A stretch of DNA of 7,575 nucleotides from Nanopusillaceae archaeon (GTDB lineage: Archaea > Nanobdellota > Nanobdellia > Nanobdellales > Nanobdellaceae), in assembly GCA_049973735.1 (NCBI GenBank), contig JBMFJL010000028.1, positions 1 to 7,575 of the forward strand, given 5' to 3'. This document shows, piece after piece, positions 4,959 through 7,575 of this stretch. Every line of letters begins with the position of its first letter. Position 1 is the first letter of the stretch. The notes beneath the pieces are model-generated. The model ran no database searches and had not been told where the DNA came from. It saw only the letters and a list, made by a program, of their open reading frames with translations. A program made the translations under genes and the position numbers.

Positions 4959-5255
4959 ATGACTGCTAGGAAGGGTAAAGGACTTAGAAGAAAAAGTAGA
5001 GATAAATTATCTTTAGATATAAGAGATCATGGTAAAATAAAGATTAGAAAGATATTGGCGAAATATAATGAAGGAGATAGAGTTGTAATTAAAATATATT
5101 CATCATACCATGATGGAATGCCACATCCAAAATATCATGGATTCATTGGAGTAATTAAAGGGAAAAGAGGGGATTGTTATGAAGTACTAATAAATGACAA
5201 GGGAAAAGAAAAATTATTAATAGTACATCCCGTACATTTAGAAAAACTAGCTTAA
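4959..5255 (+). CDS. rpl21e: Large-subunit ribosomal protein L21e (eL21), 98 aa
   Basis: The basic N-terminus is MTARKGKGLRRKSRDKLS. The core GDRVVIKIYSSYHDGMPHPKYHGFIGVIKGKRG fits the L21e signature by eye (G-D-x-V-x10-G-x2-H-x2-Y-x-G-x-[T/I]-G). Size and neighbourhood are as in other archaea. Confidence 0.93.
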   Translation: MTARKGKGLRRKSRDKLSLDIRDHGKIKIRKILAKYNEGDRVVIKIYSSYHDGMPHPKYHGFIGVIKGKRGDCYEVLINDKGKEKLLIVHPVHLEKLA

Positions 5256-5771
5256 ATCTTTTGATAATATATCCTTTATCTTTTTAATATTATCATCGTC
5301 TAAAAATTTTATTTCCAATATATAACCTAAATTACTTTTTTCATTATATTTTATATATAATTTCATTGTTTTTGTTTTCATTATCCTATCAAATATACTC
5401 TTACTAATTTTTATATCTTTAATGTATTTTAAATCTATTTTGTATTTATTTCCATTGATTATTTCTATTAAATTATTCTTTTCAAATAATAAAACATAAT
5501 TTTTTGCATAGAAATAATATGAAGCTAAAAAATAAATTAGCAAAATTATGATTCCAACCGTTATATAATTTGTATAAATATCTACATATGTTCTTTGTAA
5601 AAATAATTGAATAAGCAGATATATTATAGTCAGAAGCATTATCTTAAATGATTTGTCTATTGAATACAAAAGTGGATTATATCTTATTAAAAATATTGCA
5701 TCTTCGATATTCTCGGAGTCAATGATTTTCTTTATAATATCTTTATCATAAATTAGTTCAATTCGCTGCAT
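5247..5771 (-). CDS. Membrane protein with two TM helices followed by a bacterial-PH-like (bPH_2 / DUF304, YdbS-like) domain, 174 aa
   Basis: Two hydrophobic helices: FKIMLLTIIYLLIQLFL and YITVGIIILLIYFLASYYFY. They are followed by NYVLLFEKNNLIEIINGNKYKIDLKYIKDIKISKSIFDRIMKTKTMKLYIKY. By eye this follows the bPH_2 pattern (a strand, G, then I-x-di-x-i-x-q/s-x3-R-x5-t-l-x-i). The 3' end overlaps rpl21e by 9 nt in convergent orientation. Confidence 0.5.
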   Translation of the reverse strand: MQRIELIYDKDIIKKIIDSENIEDAIFLIRYNPLLYSIDKSFKIMLLTIIYLLIQLFLQRTYVDIYTNYITVGIIILLIYFLASYYFYAKNYVLLFEKNNLIEIINGNKYKIDLKYIKDIKISKSIFDRIMKTKTMKLYIKYNEKSNLGYILEIKFLDDDNIKKIKDILSKDLS

Positions 5772-5806
5772 AAAATTTATATTTTACTAAAACTCTTTAT
5801 ATTTTT
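5772..5806. promoter_or_regulatory. Very short divergent promoter region (35 bp) with interdigitated TATA-like elements
   Basis: TTTATATTTT (5776-5785) is centred about 26 nt upstream of the plus-strand ATG at 5807. AAAAATATAAAG (complement of 5795-5806) is centred about 29 nt upstream of the minus-strand ATG at 5771. Each candidate TATA therefore lies nearer to the other gene's start. Confidence 0.3.
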
Positions 5807-5989
5807 ATGAAATCTGATGTTCCTATCCAAATATTGATATTTATGATAATAGGAATTGTAGTATTAGTAGTTGCAATATTTTTTGCAACAAATATATTTA
5901 AATCTGCAAGTACTTCAGCAAATACTTCCTTTAACTATATAAATAGCACATTTCATAATGTAACAAACGAAACATTACTTATAAAATGA
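5807..5989 (+). CDS. Single-helix mini-protein, 60 aa, with sequon-dense tail; first gene of plus-strand surface module
   Basis: ORF track. Product: MKSDVPIQILIFMIIGIVVLVVAIFFATNIFKSASTSANTSFNYINSTFHNVTNETLLIK. There are four N-x-S/T sequons (NTS, NST, NVT, NET) in the last 22 residues. The stop TGA (5987-5989) overlaps the next ATG (5986-5988) as ATGA. Confidence 0.6.
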   Translation: MKSDVPIQILIFMIIGIVVLVVAIFFATNIFKSASTSANTSFNYINSTFHNVTNETLLIK

Positions 5990-7575
5990 GTAAATCTAGA
6001 TCTTTCTTCTTCATACCTTTTATATACTATTTTGTTATTTTTATTATAATACTTGCCGGAGTTTTATTTATTTTATTATCAATATTTAAATACAAATATC
6101 CTTTATTTTCTAATGTAGAAACTTCACAAGCTTTATCAGAACAAAATCAAAATAATAACAATATCAATAGTGGACAGAAATCAAATATAACTGTAATTGT
6201 TGAAACCTTCGGACAATTTGATAACAAAGTATTTTACATACAAAAATTATCTGATAGTATTTATTATTATATAAATTCTACAGTAGTTTCTGCCCCTACT
6301 ACAAATCTTGTGGCTCCAGATCCTTCATTAATATATAATAATACTCCAAATATATATCAAATAACTGCTCTACAAGGTCTTACCTTAAATATAAGTATTG
6401 TGTTAACAAATAATACAGACAATTCTACTATAGTAACATTCAATGGAGGATATTGTAAAGTAATGAATAGCCAAAATTATGATGTTATAAATGTGCAAAA
6501 TAAAAATGAACCAATAATATTTTGTTTATTATGTCAAGATACAAAAGGATTTAGTACATATGTTTATTTAGATAAACCAGAAAAAATAAATGTAACCCCT
6601 GCAATTTCCCTACTATCCGGATTTGAAAACATAGATTATTATAAATATACTATAGAAGATCTTACAATCGTAAATAAAACTATAACAACCATAAATATAG
6701 GCGATTATGGCAAATTAGGATATGAATTCTTAGATTTTACTACAATACTATTTAAAATAGGACCTCCTTTTAATACTTATATAAAAGATGACGGTAGTAA
6801 TGTTTTATTTTTATATAAAGATTTGTATAGTGGCAATTACTATGCATTACCATCTTGGTATGCTGGATTTGAAAATAGCAACAATGGTAAAGTATATTAT
6901 TTCTTCGTAAACTTGCTTGAGTTTCCCTCAAAAATACGTAAAAGTTCTGTATCTAAGAATTGTCCATTTTTACCAATATATATTGCATTTGCAGATAGAG
7001 AATTATATAGCATTTTGAACGGTACCATTGGAGGAGATCCTTATGCAATAAATCCAAATAATCCTGGAAGCGTTGTTAAGTATGACAATGGTCCAAATGT
7101 ATTCCCTGTATACATAAATTTATACAATTATGGTTTTGTAGATTTCTTTAGTTATCATCTTTCTAACAACGTTTTATATTTTTACTATGATAATTCTGCC
7201 TATAAAGATGTATTACCAACATATAATCCATGGAATCTATATTATCCAAATCCAACGGGTGGTTTACATCCACAGGGACTTACTTTATTAAATGATAAAG
7301 ATCAAGGAGTATTTATTTTGGTAAATTCTACACTTTTGAATATATTTCCAAGATACATACTAGATAAAAATAGTTATAAATATGGAAATGGGTTGAATGT
7401 ATTTGTTTATTTCTCTGGAAGTCCTATTGTAAATCCTAGAGAAATAAGTTGTGGTTTTTTTAAATGTCCAGAGTATGCAGATGCTGTTAGTATTGCATAT
7501 CAAATTTCTGTCAACATAATAATCTTCTACAGTGTTTATGGTTATTCCATACTCTCTCAACTCATTTATATATTC
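5986..7575 (+). CDS. Large N-terminally anchored, sequon-rich surface protein, at least 530 aa, 3'-truncated by the window edge; NOT in the supplied ORF track
   Basis: I checked the frame codon by codon. Frame 1 (positions congruent to 1 mod 3) is open from ATG 5986 to 7575, exactly 530 codons with no stop. The N-terminus is MSKSRSFFFIPFIYYFVIFIIILAGVLFILLSIF, followed by an Asn/Gln-rich linker (SEQNQNNNNINSGQ). The ectodomain is Tyr/Asn/Gly-rich with at least 10 N-x-S/T sequons and 6 Cys. The plus strand is A-rich throughout. The track probably lists only stop-delimited ORFs. The 66-aa minus ORF at 7360-7560 is antisense to this gene. Confidence 0.8.
   Translation, partial: MSKSRSFFFIPFIYYFVIFIIILAGVLFILLSIFKYKYPLFSNVETSQALSEQNQNNNNINSGQKSNITVIVETFGQFDNKVFYIQKLSDSIYYYINSTVVSAPTTNLVAPDPSLIYNNTPNIYQITALQGLTLNISIVLTNNTDNSTIVTFNGGYCKVMNSQNYDVINVQNKNEPIIFCLLCQDTKGFSTYVYLDKPEKINVTPAISLLSGFENIDYYKYTIEDLTIVNKTITTINIGDYGKLGYEFLDFTTILFKIGPPFNTYIKDDGSNVLFLYKDLYSGNYYALPSWYAGFENSNNGKVYYFFVNLLEFPSKIRKSSVSKNCPFLPIYIAFADRELYSILNGTIGGDPYAINPNNPGSVVKYDNGPNVFPVYINLYNYGFVDFFSYHLSNNVLYFYYDNSAYKDVLPTYNPWNLYYPNPTGGLHPQGLTLLNDKDQGVFILVNSTLLNIFPRYILDKNSYKYGNGLNVFVYFSGSPIVNPREISCGFFKCPEYADAVSIAYQISVNIIIFYSVYGYSILSQLIYIF

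Noticed and set aside
4249-4969. Plus-strand ORFs of 77 aa (4249-4482) and 147 aa (4526-4969)
   Set aside because: They are antisense to the confidently identified DUF655 and rpoF genes. The 147-aa product is low-complexity Phe/Ser/Ile/Leu, the mirror image of the Lys/Glu-rich sense proteins.
6136-6168. A-rich low-complexity tract (caaaatcaaaataataacaatatcaat) as a possible DNA repeat or slippage site
   Set aside because: It is in frame and encodes an Asn/Gln-rich linker (QNQNNNNIN) directly after the membrane helix of the large ORF. This reads as a flexible stalk and not as a repeat element.
7360-7560. 66-aa minus-strand ORF from the track
   Set aside because: It is antisense to the 530-codon open plus-strand ORF, which I verified codon by codon, and has no supporting features.
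1-7575. Integrated virus, plasmid or other mobile element, prompted by the C2H2 finger (a fold seen in some crenarchaeal viruses) and the unknown membrane proteins
   Set aside because: There is no integrase, transposase, terminal repeat, att-like duplication, tRNA target or capsid/packaging gene. The unknown genes are interleaved with core rpl21e/rpoF genes at uniform composition and density.
1-7575. tRNA, rRNA, C/D-box sRNA genes, CRISPR arrays and tandem repeats
   Set aside because: There are no G+C-rich islands of the kind that betray structured RNA genes in AT-rich archaeal DNA. There are no regularly spaced direct repeats. Intergenic space totals only about 190 nt. Short sRNAs embedded in coding regions cannot be excluded by eye.

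Overview
This is an AT-rich (by eye about 25-30% G+C, not computed), extremely gene-dense archaeal chromosomal segment. By my gene calls only about 190 of 7575 nt are non-coding. The centre (4044-5255) is a recognisable archaeal information-processing island. It holds ribosomal protein L21e (+), divergent from RNA polymerase subunit Rpo4/F and the DUF655/COG1491 OB-fold plus helix-hairpin-helix protein (-, 8-nt overlap).

I cannot place the remaining genes in any family with confidence. They are mostly membrane or surface proteins sharing one N-terminal design: 4-10 polar residues followed by a very hydrophobic helix of about 22-25 residues. Several have a K-R-A, K-R-S or G junction like archaeal class III (prepilin-type) signal peptides.

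Six such genes on the minus strand form one overlap-coupled operon: 2505-3713, 2336-2470, 2152-2346, 1994-2155, 1060-1992 and 5-1060. On the plus strand a 60-aa mini-protein (5807-5989) is ATGA-coupled to an ORF of at least 530 codons (5986-7575) that runs off the window. Two of these ORFs (1994-2155 and 5986-7575) are missing from the supplied ORF track; I found them by hand translation.

A small classical C2H2 zinc-finger protein (3777-4043) is divergent from the six-gene operon. A 2-TM plus PH-like membrane protein lies at 5247-5771. I saw no RNA genes, CRISPR, transposase, pilus ATPase, platform protein or prepilin peptidase.

The main candidate for something new is the pair of outward-reading, pilin-like surface modules that lack assembly machinery. 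Their function is inferred, not demonstrated.
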